From positions 1 to 62,424 of the IMG/VR virus record IMGVR_UViG_3300030104_000782: a stretch of 62,424 nt of DNA; one strand, given 5' to 3'. Source of the DNA: a virus (Duplodnaviria; Caudoviricetes). The translations under genes were made by a program, and so were the position numbers. Position 1 is the stretch's first letter; each line of letters begins with the position of its first letter. The notes below the pieces were generated by a model that worked only from the letters and a program-made list of their open reading frames with translations, did no database searches and was not told the origin of the DNA. Positions 16,134 to 26,024 of the stretch are shown here, in pieces.

Positions 16134-18014
16134 TTATTTGCTCCAGTATTTATTGTGGTCGACCACAGCAGTACCCCAAGTTTCCCCTATCTCAGCATCT
16201 ACTTTTGATGGCACTACTAGATCAACACAGTTTTCCATGATTTCTACAATCTTTCTACTTTCTTGTTTATTTAAAACTGATACGTCAAGTTCATCATGTA
16301 CCTGTATGTGAGGAACTATACCCTCTTCCCACATATCCAACATAGCTTGTTTTGTCATATCAGCAGCACTTCCCTGTATCAAGCGATTAAATGCACGATA
16401 AGTAAATGCCCGACGTAAGTTAGCACCATACTCTTCGTACGCTTGTTCAAAAGGGAGGGGTGTATTTTTCTCGTTTCTTGGTTCATACATGTCGAAACGA
16501 CATTTTCTACCCAAAAGTGTTTTTATGTAACCCACGTTTTCTGCCTTACGAGAGCAGGATAACGTAAGTTCTTTAATAAATGGTACTTTTGAATGATAGT
16601 TATTGAACAATGCATCAGCTTCAAGATCATTTATGCCGAGTGCTTGTATTAATTTAGTTTTACCCATGCCATAACTTAATGACAGGTTAATTACTTTTGC
16701 ATCTTTTCTTGCTATGCCTGCCATATCAGCCACTATCTGATGAAAGTCAGCATCGTCTTCTTTATAAGCAGACACTGCTTCTTCTGATCCAGGAAGATTC
16801 ATCCTAGATGCATAATGCACAGTTAATCTTGGTTCTTGTTGCGAATAATCAAAGGCACCCCAACTATGTCCTTCTTCTGGTAAAAACAAACCACGAACTA
16901 ATGGACCAAGAACAGGATCTCTAGCTGGTACTTGTTGCAAGTTTGGTGTGCTATAACTAAACCTGCCACTAACAGTGCCCCCAGAGTCACCACGCAGAGG
17001 ATGCATTTGCCCATGTATTCTACCTTTATGAGCATGTTCTAATACCATGTTTTCTATAAACGCACTGCGTATCTTTTGATATTTTCTAGCTTCAACAATC
17101 AATTTAGGTAGTCCGTGGTTAAGACTTTCTAGCCACTTACCAGTAAAACTAGGTGCATTAGTTTTTTGTGTTCTAGGATATGTTAACCCAGCTTTATCAA
17201 ACGCTCTAGCCACACTCGCTGATGCCCAAACGTCTACATCAACACCATACTTATACTTTATTTGTTTGATACATTCTCGCTCTTGTTTTCTTAATGTTTG
17301 TACACTCTCTTCTGCTTTACTTATGTCAACACGTACACCTTTCCATCTCATTTCTACAAGCAGAGGTATTAAGCTAGACTCTAGTTCATAAATAGATTGC
17401 AAGTTTTCATCTATAAGTTTTTTCTGTAATACATCCCACAACTTTAACGTAAGCACTGCGTCCTGTTCAGCGTACTCACCCACATATTTTGCAGGTAAGG
17501 CATACATCTCGGACTTTGGGTCTATACCCCATGCACTAGCAGCATCTTTTAGTAATGTTTCGTCTTTAGTTTCATCACAATAATCTGCACCTAAAGAGTC
17601 TAATGAGTATCTTCTGCGATGCTCATCTACCAGTGGAGCAGCAATCACAGTATCATGTATTTTACCCTGTATTCTAACACCCTCTCGTTTTAACCAACCA
17701 ACATCATACAATGCATTGTGAAATATTTTATCAGCACCACCACTTAGTGTTTTATTTAGCCAGCGTAACACAAGACCTACGTCTAGATTGCCACCACCTT
17801 CATGCCTTATGGGTAAATAACCACTCCAGTTATCTGTAGCTATGGCTATGCCAGTTACATGCCCATTACCAGTCGCCCATCCTGGACCAGATAACTTTAA
17901 ATCTGGGTCTTTAGTTTCTAAGTCAACAGCTATACGTTCGGCTGAAGATAGATCAGGCAGTGTCTCAGGAGGAGTCCAGTCAGATCTAGGTGTAAATATA
18001 GGTTGTTGTATCAT
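16134..18014 (-). CDS. polA: DNA polymerase family A with 3'-5' exonuclease
   Basis: Exo DLET, HNALYD, YAEQD; polymerase DYSQQEPR, R..AK.INL...YG, QVHDEL. Confidence 0.95.
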   Translation of the reverse strand: MIQQPIFTPRSDWTPPETLPDLSSAERIAVDLETKDPDLKLSGPGWATGNGHVTGIAIATDNWSGYLPIRHEGGGNLDVGLVLRWLNKTLSGGADKIFHNALYDVGWLKREGVRIQGKIHDTVIAAPLVDEHRRRYSLDSLGADYCDETKDETLLKDAASAWGIDPKSEMYALPAKYVGEYAEQDAVLTLKLWDVLQKKLIDENLQSIYELESSLIPLLVEMRWKGVRVDISKAEESVQTLRKQERECIKQIKYKYGVDVDVWASASVARAFDKAGLTYPRTQKTNAPSFTGKWLESLNHGLPKLIVEARKYQKIRSAFIENMVLEHAHKGRIHGQMHPLRGDSGGTVSGRFSYSTPNLQQVPARDPVLGPLVRGLFLPEEGHSWGAFDYSQQEPRLTVHYASRMNLPGSEEAVSAYKEDDADFHQIVADMAGIARKDAKVINLSLSYGMGKTKLIQALGINDLEADALFNNYHSKVPFIKELTLSCSRKAENVGYIKTLLGRKCRFDMYEPRNEKNTPLPFEQAYEEYGANLRRAFTYRAFNRLIQGSAADMTKQAMLDMWEEGIVPHIQVHDELDVSVLNKQESRKIVEIMENCVDLVVPSKVDAEIGETWGTAVVDHNKYWSK

Positions 18015-18547
18015 TCCGTTGCTCCGTAAGACTGCACTAAATGTGCAAGCAATGCTTTTCCTTTTGCGTTAAGTTTCATATCGACTAATTTTTCAACACC
18101 ATTACTAAAAACTACGTTCACGTTTGTGTTGCCTAAACTACGCTGATTAACACAGTACCAAAGTAACTCAAATAAATCAGATTGTTTAAAAAGTTCTTGT
18201 TCTTGTGGTGTTAAATCATAGTCAACACCTAAATCTTTCTCTATTTTCTTTTCTACTAACGCTAACTCTAACGCTAAGTCTTTGTTGTTCCACTTCGTGG
18301 GTGCAGGCATATCACCAGTTTGCTTCTCAGCTACATCGTGTGTAAGTGCCTTTAGTATTGCATGTTTGCTTATGTGTGGGTCTAGCCAATTTAGTATAAC
18401 AGCAACACCCCATGAGTGACTGCCTACAGTTTGTTCCCCTATGGTAGCCAGAGTGTGGTAACGCTTAACTTCCCCTCCGTCTAAGACGTTTAGTAGCTCA
18501 TCTACATTAGTACGTGCGATAGTCATTGCATACTCCTGATTTACCAT
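18011..18547 (-). CDS. HD-domain deoxynucleotide phosphohydrolase (YfbR-like)
   Basis: KRY..TVGSHS..HDVAE..TGDMPAP..K.SD motifs; true start may be 18526. Confidence 0.85.
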   Translation of the reverse strand: MVNQEYAMTIARTNVDELLNVLDGGEVKRYHTLATIGEQTVGSHSWGVAVILNWLDPHISKHAILKALTHDVAEKQTGDMPAPTKWNNKDLALELALVEKKIEKDLGVDYDLTPQEQELFKQSDLFELLWYCVNQRSLGNTNVNVVFSNGVEKLVDMKLNAKGKALLAHLVQSYGATE

Positions 18548-19193
18548 AGTGGCACCACCTACAATTATCTACACTAGCTTTAGCAGGATATTCTGTTGCC
18601 TCAGTCAGTTTTAGTGCTCGATTATGGAATAGTTCTTGTCTCTCTTTTATGTCGTCAACAGTGTAGGAGTGTCGAGATATTTTACCATGGTCTAAATACC
18701 ATAACTCTGCCTGTATGTTTTCTACACTAGGGTCACGATTATACGTTGCAGCTGCATATAGAGCACACTGTTGTTCGTGAGAAGATTCGTTACCCATGTA
18801 TCTGCCTGTCTTAAAATCTATAACTACAGTGCGATCTGGTCTTTTTACATAAGCATCAATCTTATATCTGCACCAAGTTTTATCTTCGTTCCATGCTGCA
18901 GGTTGCCATTCTAAATCGAATGCCCAATCTTCTTCTACGAAAACAGTTCCTGCATCGTAACCTTCTCTAAGTTGTTCAAAACCTTCCTCAAACATATGCA
19001 AACCACGCGTCATGGGACCTTCACCCTTTATATACAGTTCGGCTTCATTATGTATGTTTGTTCCTCTGGTTGCAGCAGGATGCTGTGGTGTAGGGATCTT
19101 TTCTATATTAGCATAATAGTATCGTTTAGGGCATTGCTCAAAAACAGATAATCTACTGTATGACCAACGATTAACTATGGCATGGTCCGACAT
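18507..19193 (-). CDS. Cas4/RecB-like PD-(D/E)XK exonuclease
   Basis: SYS..CPKRY, GT.IH, KID..IDFKTG, Q..LY and C-terminal CRWC..C. Confidence 0.85.
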   Translation of the reverse strand: MSDHAIVNRWSYSRLSVFEQCPKRYYYANIEKIPTPQHPAATRGTNIHNEAELYIKGEGPMTRGLHMFEEGFEQLREGYDAGTVFVEEDWAFDLEWQPAAWNEDKTWCRYKIDAYVKRPDRTVVIDFKTGRYMGNESSHEQQCALYAAATYNRDPSVENIQAELWYLDHGKISRHSYTVDDIKERQELFHNRALKLTEATEYPAKASVDNCRWCHYGKSGVCNDYRTY

Positions 19194-20238
19194 CTTTCTC
19201 CTCCTGTTTACCTATGACTGCTTCTATGTCCTTAGTTTCTTCTGTACCTTTCAACCTTCTCTGTAACCACTCTACGCATGCTTTTTGCCAATCCTCAGCT
19301 TTGCAATATGTTTTTAAAACACCTATTGCTCCTTGTGTATTTTTATCTTTGTGCATACGCCAAGCAGTTTGCATCGGGATAACAACATCAGAGAAAAAAT
19401 GGTTTGCGAAATCTTGCTCAGCATCAGCAAAAAATGCATCTAAATCATTATCAAACTCTTCAGGGTCGTTAACCATGGGGAACACCGATAGTTCTTTGTA
19501 TGGGTTACCAACTAAAGGGTACTTAAAACTGTAGTAATCAAACTCAGGCAACTTATCTTTCATTTTATTAAACAGTTCCGTATATACATGGAAACTGTCG
19601 CTTACTTGATTATACACACCAACAGTTACACCTATTCTTGCTGCCATATATTCTTGTAACATAGAAAAATGTACAGCGTTTGCACCATACGCTCCCCATA
19701 TCATGTCATTAGACCTGCAACACACAGTCATGTTAAGTTTACCACTGCGCACTTTAAAATATATGTGAGTGTTGCAAGGAGTGTCTAGTGTAGTTCTATC
19801 TAAATCGTTATTACATTCCCACATAGCTACTACGCAACGACGATCGTCAGGATTTTCCTTTAACCTACGAACAACCACATCTAGCTGGTCTTTTTCGTAA
19901 AACTTTCGCCACCTATAGCCATATGCACCATTAAATGTTTCACCATTATCGGTGAACGCTCGCATACCTTTGTTATAATACGCAACAAAGTCTACGTCCT
20001 CTCTACCTTGTAACATCCACAAACCTTCCATAAAATGGAAAAATGGATTAGCATCCCTACCTTCCCAAAAAAGCACACGTTCACATGGGTTTTCGTATGT
20101 TGTTATAACTGGACCTTCAAACTCTAAAGTTTGTCCTGCCCTGCTATCTTGTTCTACAACATCATTATCCCACGTAAATGCGTCCATACCTAATATAAAT
20201 GCTTCATGAACATTTCTACTGTTTATAGTTTTAGCCAT
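19171..20238 (-). CDS. Thymidylate synthase-fold enzyme, probable dUMP hydroxymethylase
   Basis: Catalytic PC (DTPCN); RSNDMIWGAYGANAVHF with Asn specificity residue, as in 5-hmdU phage enzymes; SFHVY. Confidence 0.85.
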   Translation of the reverse strand: MAKTINSRNVHEAFILGMDAFTWDNDVVEQDSRAGQTLEFEGPVITTYENPCERVLFWEGRDANPFFHFMEGLWMLQGREDVDFVAYYNKGMRAFTDNGETFNGAYGYRWRKFYEKDQLDVVVRRLKENPDDRRCVVAMWECNNDLDRTTLDTPCNTHIYFKVRSGKLNMTVCCRSNDMIWGAYGANAVHFSMLQEYMAARIGVTVGVYNQVSDSFHVYTELFNKMKDKLPEFDYYSFKYPLVGNPYKELSVFPMVNDPEEFDNDLDAFFADAEQDFANHFFSDVVIPMQTAWRMHKDKNTQGAIGVLKTYCKAEDWQKACVEWLQRRLKGTEETKDIEAVIGKQEEKDVGPCHS

Positions 20239-20254
20239 TTGTTATAATCTCCAG

Positions 20255-21589
20255 TTATACCACAGCAGACAGTTTGAAAAAGTCTGTCATGATTTCGTTA
20301 GTTTTATTCGCTACATTGTCAGAAACAACACCCACTTCTAGTTTACCATAAAAGCCTGTTGGTTCATTGTTAGCCAATGACAGATACTGAAGAGCTACTC
20401 GTTCTCTTTCGAAATGCTGTAAAAGTTTTCTATTGTTTTCTTGTATGTCTTCTGCCCAGTCTTGGTTTAAGTTTACAGTTTCTGTAATAACAGAAGCGAA
20501 CTCCTGAGGAGTAGCATCATGAGGCACCATCATATAGTTTTCTGAAGGTTTGAACACTTCGCCCTCACCTTCGGCATTGGTAGAGATTCCATAGTTCCTC
20601 GCAATAGGTATTGCCCCCTCTATTATCCCATCGACGATCACTCGATTAAAATGGTCACCTATTTTTGCGTATGCAACTGACCAGGATGGGTCAATTACGC
20701 ATTTAACCTGTCTTAAATGTTCCCTAACTTGTGCTTCAGTTAAGTAGCCAAACCATTCCATGCCATACTGTAGTGCTACATCCCATATCTTTTTACCATG
20801 ATGCTCGTAACTTATATCTGGGTCAAGTTCTGGTGAAACAAAATACTTTTCCTTACATTTATCTTTAGAGGTCATGTAGTTGTGCTCAATACCACCACCA
20901 GCCATACGTTTCTCAAAAGTTTCTGGTAAATGTGGGATAGCTCTAACTAAATCGTCAACATGTTTCCAACCTTTGAACGTTTGCATAGAGATAAATCCGT
21001 TCTTACGTTGATTCCAATTAGGTTTGTTTAAGTCGCTTATGTCTTGTGGGTTAAGTATCAACGCTCTAGGTACATTTAGTACAGCAGCACCATGGTAAGC
21101 ACAAGGATGCACACAAGCTAAACCATTTAGATGATGGGATATCTGGCTTATCCAGGGATAACTTTTTTGCATATTACCATCGTGGATAACAGCTACCTGT
21201 TTAATTCTATCAGGTAAATCATACAATGCCAACCAATCCGTATTACCTTCATTGTCTCTTTGCTTTGTAGGAACAGGGATTTGCCACACAATTAAATCGT
21301 ACTCAGCCACATACTCTTTCCAACGTTTAAGATTACTGTTGCCTTTGTAAGCAAACCTACTGCTTTTAGGAAACAACCAACCTTTTCCTTGATGTACAGG
21401 TATGCCAGAACCACGCTGTTCATAGCCAGTTTTATCTTTTGTAGTTTTTTCTTTAATAGATTCTCGCCATACAAGTTCTATAAAGTCAACGTGGTGACCT
21501 TGTAGCTTAAAGCCAGAAATTAAGTTTTCATTGTGGTTTATTATGCCACCAGGACTGTTAATCCCATACATTGTTACCAATATTTTCAT
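20255..21589 (-). CDS. GT-B fold glycosyltransferase (putative DNA/base glycosyltransferase)
   Basis: MKILV..SPGGI N-terminus, IHD, K.WKHVD.L.RA, DPS..D.FNRV.VDG...GA.PI. Confidence 0.75.
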   Translation of the reverse strand: MKILVTMYGINSPGGIINHNENLISGFKLQGHHVDFIELVWRESIKEKTTKDKTGYEQRGSGIPVHQGKGWLFPKSSRFAYKGNSNLKRWKEYVAEYDLIVWQIPVPTKQRDNEGNTDWLALYDLPDRIKQVAVIHDGNMQKSYPWISQISHHLNGLACVHPCAYHGAAVLNVPRALILNPQDISDLNKPNWNQRKNGFISMQTFKGWKHVDDLVRAIPHLPETFEKRMAGGGIEHNYMTSKDKCKEKYFVSPELDPDISYEHHGKKIWDVALQYGMEWFGYLTEAQVREHLRQVKCVIDPSWSVAYAKIGDHFNRVIVDGIIEGAIPIARNYGISTNAEGEGEVFKPSENYMMVPHDATPQEFASVITETVNLNQDWAEDIQENNRKLLQHFERERVALQYLSLANNEPTGFYGKLEVGVVSDNVANKTNEIMTDFFKLSAVV

Positions 21590-21894
21590 GTATTTTCCTC
21601 CTTTCTTTTAGTTACATGTTCTTCAACTAAAAGCAGATATCTTCTTAAATCTTGTATGTCATCTAAGATTCCCTCTGCTCGTGTATCGTTTTCGTATGCT
21701 TCAAATATGTCGTAAGCAACTTTCTTAACTTGATTTTCGATGCGATCCCACTTACGAGCCAACATCATAAACGCACCTACACCGCCACGTTGTCGCCATG
21801 ATGTGCCATAAGACTTCTCTGCTGTTTCTAGTTTATCAACATCAGTTTGTGCGATCACTCGCATGTTTTCAAATTTACTAAATTGGTTGTTCAT
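21586..21894 (-). CDS. Nucleotide-modification-associated all-alpha protein (Nmad1/DUF1599, MazG-like)
   Basis: K...YG.SW..RG..KWDR..D.I.DL..Y pattern; ATGA overlap start at 21894. Confidence 0.7.
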   Translation of the reverse strand: MNNQFSKFENMRVIAQTDVDKLETAEKSYGTSWRQRGGVGAFMMLARKWDRIENQVKKVAYDIFEAYENDTRAEGILDDIQDLRRYLLLVEEHVTKRKEENT

Positions 21895-22535
21895 CTTGTA
21901 TATGCTCCTATAGTATGCCAATTATTACCTGTGTCTCTATACTCTCGCATAGGTTTAAATCCTTGATCTAGCATGCTTTGGTTTAGTTCTTTACCTTTAG
22001 CACGCCATGTAGAATCATATTGAAAATGTATTTCCATTACAAGTTTTTCAACATAATCAGGAAACACATAAGGCATGAACCCATACTCTGCTCCCTCTAC
22101 ATCTATTTTTATCTTGTTAGGTTTAGTTTGTTGTATGATATCATCAAACTTTAGTGCTAACACTTTTACTGCATCTCTACCTCTAACCTCACGAGTCATG
22201 TGTAAACCTTTGTTTTTCTTAGAGTTTACATACAGATAAACATAATCACTATCATCACCAACAACAGCACAACGTGTGTTTACAGAGTTAGGACTGTTTA
22301 CATTTAACAGTTCGAAGTTATCCTCATCTGGTTCGTAAGAATACACTTTTTTAGCACCCTCTTGTGTTGCGTATAAACTAAATGCACCAATGTTTGCCCC
22401 TATGTCTAAAACTGTGTCGCTTTCTTGTATGTCTAGCATATTGTACGAAGGACGTATTTCTTTAAACACATACTCGTCTAGTGTGCCAGGACGCACCCAT
22501 CCCCCAAATTTTTCTAAATATTCTATCCCTTCCAT
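21891..22535 (-). CDS. FkbM-family SAM-dependent methyltransferase
   Basis: VLDIGANIGAFS, YEP...NF.LL and KIDVEGAEY motifs. Confidence 0.9.
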   Translation of the reverse strand: MEGIEYLEKFGGWVRPGTLDEYVFKEIRPSYNMLDIQESDTVLDIGANIGAFSLYATQEGAKKVYSYEPDEDNFELLNVNSPNSVNTRCAVVGDDSDYVYLYVNSKKNKGLHMTREVRGRDAVKVLALKFDDIIQQTKPNKIKIDVEGAEYGFMPYVFPDYVEKLVMEIHFQYDSTWRAKGKELNQSMLDQGFKPMREYRDTGNNWHTIGAYTR

Positions 22536-23383
22536 TTATATATACTCCTCGGTTTGCCTTCGCCATTTCTTACACGTTCATACTTATCGAACTCGCAAAG
22601 GGTGTGTTCGATATCTCGCATTTCTAAATTAGGTACTTGCCCATGTAACCACTCATGACTTAACTCAAGCAATACTTGCATTTCCCCTATATTTATGTCA
22701 CTTTTTATTTGTTTATTTAATGGTCTATTGTGTATTCTGTTGAGACCACGCTTTGCTCCAGGTCCAGGATTACCCCATGTCATAATATCTGTAGCTTCGT
22801 CCCCTAAAAATGTATGTCGCCAATCGGTAACTACCTCATAAGCCATAAATGGACCCATGTAAGGGTAAGGCATGAGCACATCCCACAATGCTTTCAACGA
22901 ACCTTTAGCTTCGTGTATAGAATCTATAAACTTGTTGTTATCCTTAACTATTTGGTCAATACACCAACATACACCGTTTAGTTTGTCCATACCATTCGGT
23001 GTCTTTATGATGTATGCTCCTGTAACCCATTGTGGCTGTTCTTTCAATACTTCTACACAGTGTTCGCTATCCCAGTTTCTGTATAAATCTTCTTTTAGTA
23101 GTATTTTTCCTGTTTCTATCAAATTAAACCACCTAAATATAATCGTGGCTAATGCGACATCAATGTCATTACGCATACCCTCTCTTACATTCTCTCTGAA
23201 CCAAACAGTTGTTCTATCGTTTTCACGAAACACATTAGTAAACTTATATTTTTGTAGGATAGGGTCAGAAGTCCATGGATATTCCTCACCTCTAGATTTC
23301 CGTAAATGTATTAAATGTCTTTCGTTTAAAAAATTAAAAAACTTATGTAAATTCTCTGCTCTATACCATCCCATACTAATCAC
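22523..23383 (-). CDS. aGPT-PPlase1 / 5-hmdU DNA kinase helical-domain protein
   Basis: F..ER..I...PWT.DPIL..YKFTNVFRE.DR, FRWFN, G.FMAYEV..D, GPGA.RGL, DIEH.LCEFDKY. Confidence 0.85.
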   Translation of the reverse strand: MISMGWYRAENLHKFFNFLNERHLIHLRKSRGEEYPWTSDPILQKYKFTNVFRENDRTTVWFRENVREGMRNDIDVALATIIFRWFNLIETGKILLKEDLYRNWDSEHCVEVLKEQPQWVTGAYIIKTPNGMDKLNGVCWCIDQIVKDNNKFIDSIHEAKGSLKALWDVLMPYPYMGPFMAYEVVTDWRHTFLGDEATDIMTWGNPGPGAKRGLNRIHNRPLNKQIKSDINIGEMQVLLELSHEWLHGQVPNLEMRDIEHTLCEFDKYERVRNGEGKPRSIYKWKG

Positions 23384-24185
23384 CTCCCATTACTCTTTTA
23401 TCTAGTTTCTTACGTGCGACAATATCTAACAGTTCAGCAACATCTTTACCACTTTTTGTTTTAGGTGGTTCTATTTTAACAAAACCAAGAACATTGTCTA
23501 TTTTTGCCTCTGCTTCTGCGTCTGTAATCACTACAGGTTTGTCAGCTTCACCACGTCTTACTTTATGAAAGTCATCTAACTGTTTTTCAAAACTATGATA
23601 ACGAACACTACTTAGTTGTGGTAAACCATTTCTCCTTCTACGATGATTTCTAAGGGCTTTAGCATACCAATAACCTTTACCACTATACTTAGCTTTTGCT
23701 CTTTTTTCATACATAGCGTCCATAAGTGCATACTCACTACGCAATATCATATGTAGATCGTCTAAATCTTCTTGTATATATGCCGAATGACCACCATTAG
23801 CCTCGTCTGCACAATCAGCGTAAAGCTCAGCTTGAGCAAGTATGTCAGGAGCAACGTAATGTTCATGTACACTAGGCACGTGTTCGACAAAGCCCTCTTT
23901 ACTATAAGTTTTGTATGGATTTTTATTACCTTCATAAGTGTGTAGTTTTCTACATTCCTCAGAACAACAAGTACCTACACGATATTCTTCATTTATTGGA
24001 CCACCACAAAATGAACAACCATACACGACAGGTTTGTAAGGCTCAGGTCGTTTTATATGTTTAATTAGTTTTGGTTTTGGTTTTGGTTTTGGCTTAGACT
24101 TATAAACAGTTCGTAAAGGGTTTTGTTTTACGATATCTAATACAGGTAAAAACTGTATATATCTAACTAAATCCTCCCACTTCAT
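23376..24185 (-). CDS. Hypothetical protein with CxxC...CxxxC zinc-finger-like motif
   Basis: CSFCGGPI..CCSEEC; (PK)4 tract; apparently leaderless. Confidence 0.6.
   Translation of the reverse strand: MKWEDLVRYIQFLPVLDIVKQNPLRTVYKSKPKPKPKPKLIKHIKRPEPYKPVVYGCSFCGGPINEEYRVGTCCSEECRKLHTYEGNKNPYKTYSKEGFVEHVPSVHEHYVAPDILAQAELYADCADEANGGHSAYIQEDLDDLHMILRSEYALMDAMYEKRAKAKYSGKGYWYAKALRNHRRRRNGLPQLSSVRYHSFEKQLDDFHKVRRGEADKPVVITDAEAEAKIDNVLGFVKIEPPKTKSGKDVAELLDIVARKKLDKRVMGGD
24069..24092. repeat. (TTTTGG)4 in-frame microsatellite
   Basis: Encodes PKPKPKPK. Confidence 0.85.
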
Positions 24186-24191
24186 AACTAT

Positions 24192-24224
24192 ATCATAGTC
24201 TAAGTCATTAACTTTGTAAAGGAG
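24192..24224 (-). promoter_or_regulatory. Promoter heading the modification/polymerase operon
   Basis: CTCCTTTACA, 17 bp, TATGAT; predicted start site coincides with ATG 24185. Confidence 0.6.
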
Positions 24225-24228
24225 TTTA

Positions 24229-25737
24229 TTATAAAATAGGTCTAAAAAATTTAGAAGTACTGGGTTGAACTATGTGTAAATTTTTACGAGTACGTGTTAC
24301 AGCTACATAAAATGCTCTGTTCTCTCCGTCAGGATTTGAGTAAAGTTCGTTCCAAGTTTTAACGGATATATCTGTAAACACCACTACATTATCTGCCTCA
24401 CCACCTTTTGCAGCATGTATAGTAGACAATCGAATTCTAGGGTTAGATATTTTTTCACCTCTGCGTAAACAAGCTATTATGTATTCTCTTTGTGTTGCAC
24501 CTATCCTGTCGAGTGCTTCGTGCCAAACAGCATCTGTTAGTAAACCATGTTTTTCCTTTAACTCAGATAAGTCTAGTAAATCATCTTCGCCAAGTCCTGG
24601 CAGTTTTTTATGGCCTCGAGCGACACCTACACCTACAGACATAAAATAATATATATCACGAACTTTAGAGGCTGAGACTTTCCTTTCTTTTCGTAACAGT
24701 TCCCAGTTACCTATCGCATCTAACAGTTCTTGTTTTACAGACAGAACGTTGTTTCTAGCGTAAATGAATCCAATTTGTTGCAAAAATTTTTCTACCCTAT
24801 TTAGTATGTATCCGTTGCGAGCAAGTACCAGCCATTCGCCATCACTAAAGTCTAAATGTTCATGGGAAGTGTGAATTATAATTTCACCCTCAACAGAGCG
24901 AGGAGTCCAGGACTTAACTCTCCTGTTGACAGTTGGTATTCTGTTTAATATACCTTGTGCCACCTCGTGTACTTTTTTAGGAATACGATATGAGTTTTCT
25001 AAAACTGTTACCTCGCCGTCTAACTCTACAAAAGTTTCTACATCTGCACCTGCCCACTGGTATATTGCTTGATCGTCATCACCAGCAACATGTACATGCT
25101 TAACTCCTTGTGCTAATTTCTTTATACAATCCCACTGCAGTTTAGATAAATCTTGTGCTTCGTCAACTATAAGAACTTCTAGCGAGGGTTTAGTTTTTTC
25201 TTTTAAAAATAAATACAACATATCTGTGTAATCTTTTAAAAATCTTTCTTCTTTATATCTCTCTAAACCTGTACAAAACCAGTTGACATGGTTCCAAGGA
25301 ATATCTAAGTTAGCTTTTTCCCATTGCTCCCTAACAGTAACCTTTTTATTTCTAGCTATGTTTTCCATAAAAAGCATTTGATCACCTTTTGATAACCCAA
25401 ACACAGCACCTTCTTCTTTTTTAAGTTGACCATTTAATGGCTCACCCATTATTTTACTGAACTCTTTATAATGTGAACGAGCCATTATATCGGCTGTGCT
25501 TAGACCGAGCCAATGGTAACAAAGTGAGTGTATAGTTCTGAAATAAACTAAATCTTCTTGAGTCAAATCGAAACGATCACTTGCACGTTCTAGTGCTTCG
25601 TTTGCAGCTTTTTTAGTAAACGCTAAATAACCTATTTTATGTGGTGATACACCATCCTTTAGGTAATCCTCTGTTAGGTTTAAAAGTTTTGTAGTTTTAC
25701 CAGTGCCAGGTGGACCGAGGATTATATTCCATGTCAT
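24229..25737 (-). CDS. SF1 UvrD/Rep-like helicase
   Basis: GPPGTGKT, VDEAQD, GDDDQAIY, TIHAAKGGE and YVAVTR motifs. Confidence 0.95.
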   Translation of the reverse strand: MTWNIILGPPGTGKTTKLLNLTEDYLKDGVSPHKIGYLAFTKKAANEALERASDRFDLTQEDLVYFRTIHSLCYHWLGLSTADIMARSHYKEFSKIMGEPLNGQLKKEEGAVFGLSKGDQMLFMENIARNKKVTVREQWEKANLDIPWNHVNWFCTGLERYKEERFLKDYTDMLYLFLKEKTKPSLEVLIVDEAQDLSKLQWDCIKKLAQGVKHVHVAGDDDQAIYQWAGADVETFVELDGEVTVLENSYRIPKKVHEVAQGILNRIPTVNRRVKSWTPRSVEGEIIIHTSHEHLDFSDGEWLVLARNGYILNRVEKFLQQIGFIYARNNVLSVKQELLDAIGNWELLRKERKVSASKVRDIYYFMSVGVGVARGHKKLPGLGEDDLLDLSELKEKHGLLTDAVWHEALDRIGATQREYIIACLRRGEKISNPRIRLSTIHAAKGGEADNVVVFTDISVKTWNELYSNPDGENRAFYVAVTRTRKNLHIVQPSTSKFFRPIL

Positions 25738-26024
25738 TCTGGGTCAAGTACTGCTTTCTTTAAATCTGGATCTTGCATCACATATGCACCAGTCGGTTCA
25801 CCCTCCTCTTCAGTAAATGTACCTTTAACTATTTCTTTTACTTCTTCTTTCGGAAGTTCTTCTGGTACATCCATTGAACCACCTATTAACGAATCCTCGT
25901 TGAGCACGTCTGCTAGGTCTCCTAGAATTAACAATGCTTCCCTTATAGGTTGCTTTACATGTTCGGGAGTAACGCGAGATTCGAGCAGTATTATATACTG
26001 CTCGACATTAGATCTCATACTCAC
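25734..26024 (-). CDS. Hypothetical protein
   Basis: 96 aa acidic, coupled overlaps. Confidence 0.55.
   Translation of the reverse strand: MSMRSNVEQYIILLESRVTPEHVKQPIREALLILGDLADVLNEDSLIGGSMDVPEELPKEEVKEIVKGTFTEEEGEPTGAYVMQDPDLKKAVLDPE

Noticed and set aside
18011-18547. DatZ / 2-aminoadenine (Z-genome) system
   Set aside because: No PurZ homologue; the context points to pyrimidine modification
18507-19193. CRISPR-Cas locus
   Set aside because: Solo Cas4-like nucleases are common in phages; no other cas genes or array present
19171-20238. Ordinary ThyA or T4-like dCMP hydroxymethylase
   Set aside because: Lacks the canonical GLPFN motif and has Asn rather than Asp at the specificity position; neighbours are hmU-pathway genes
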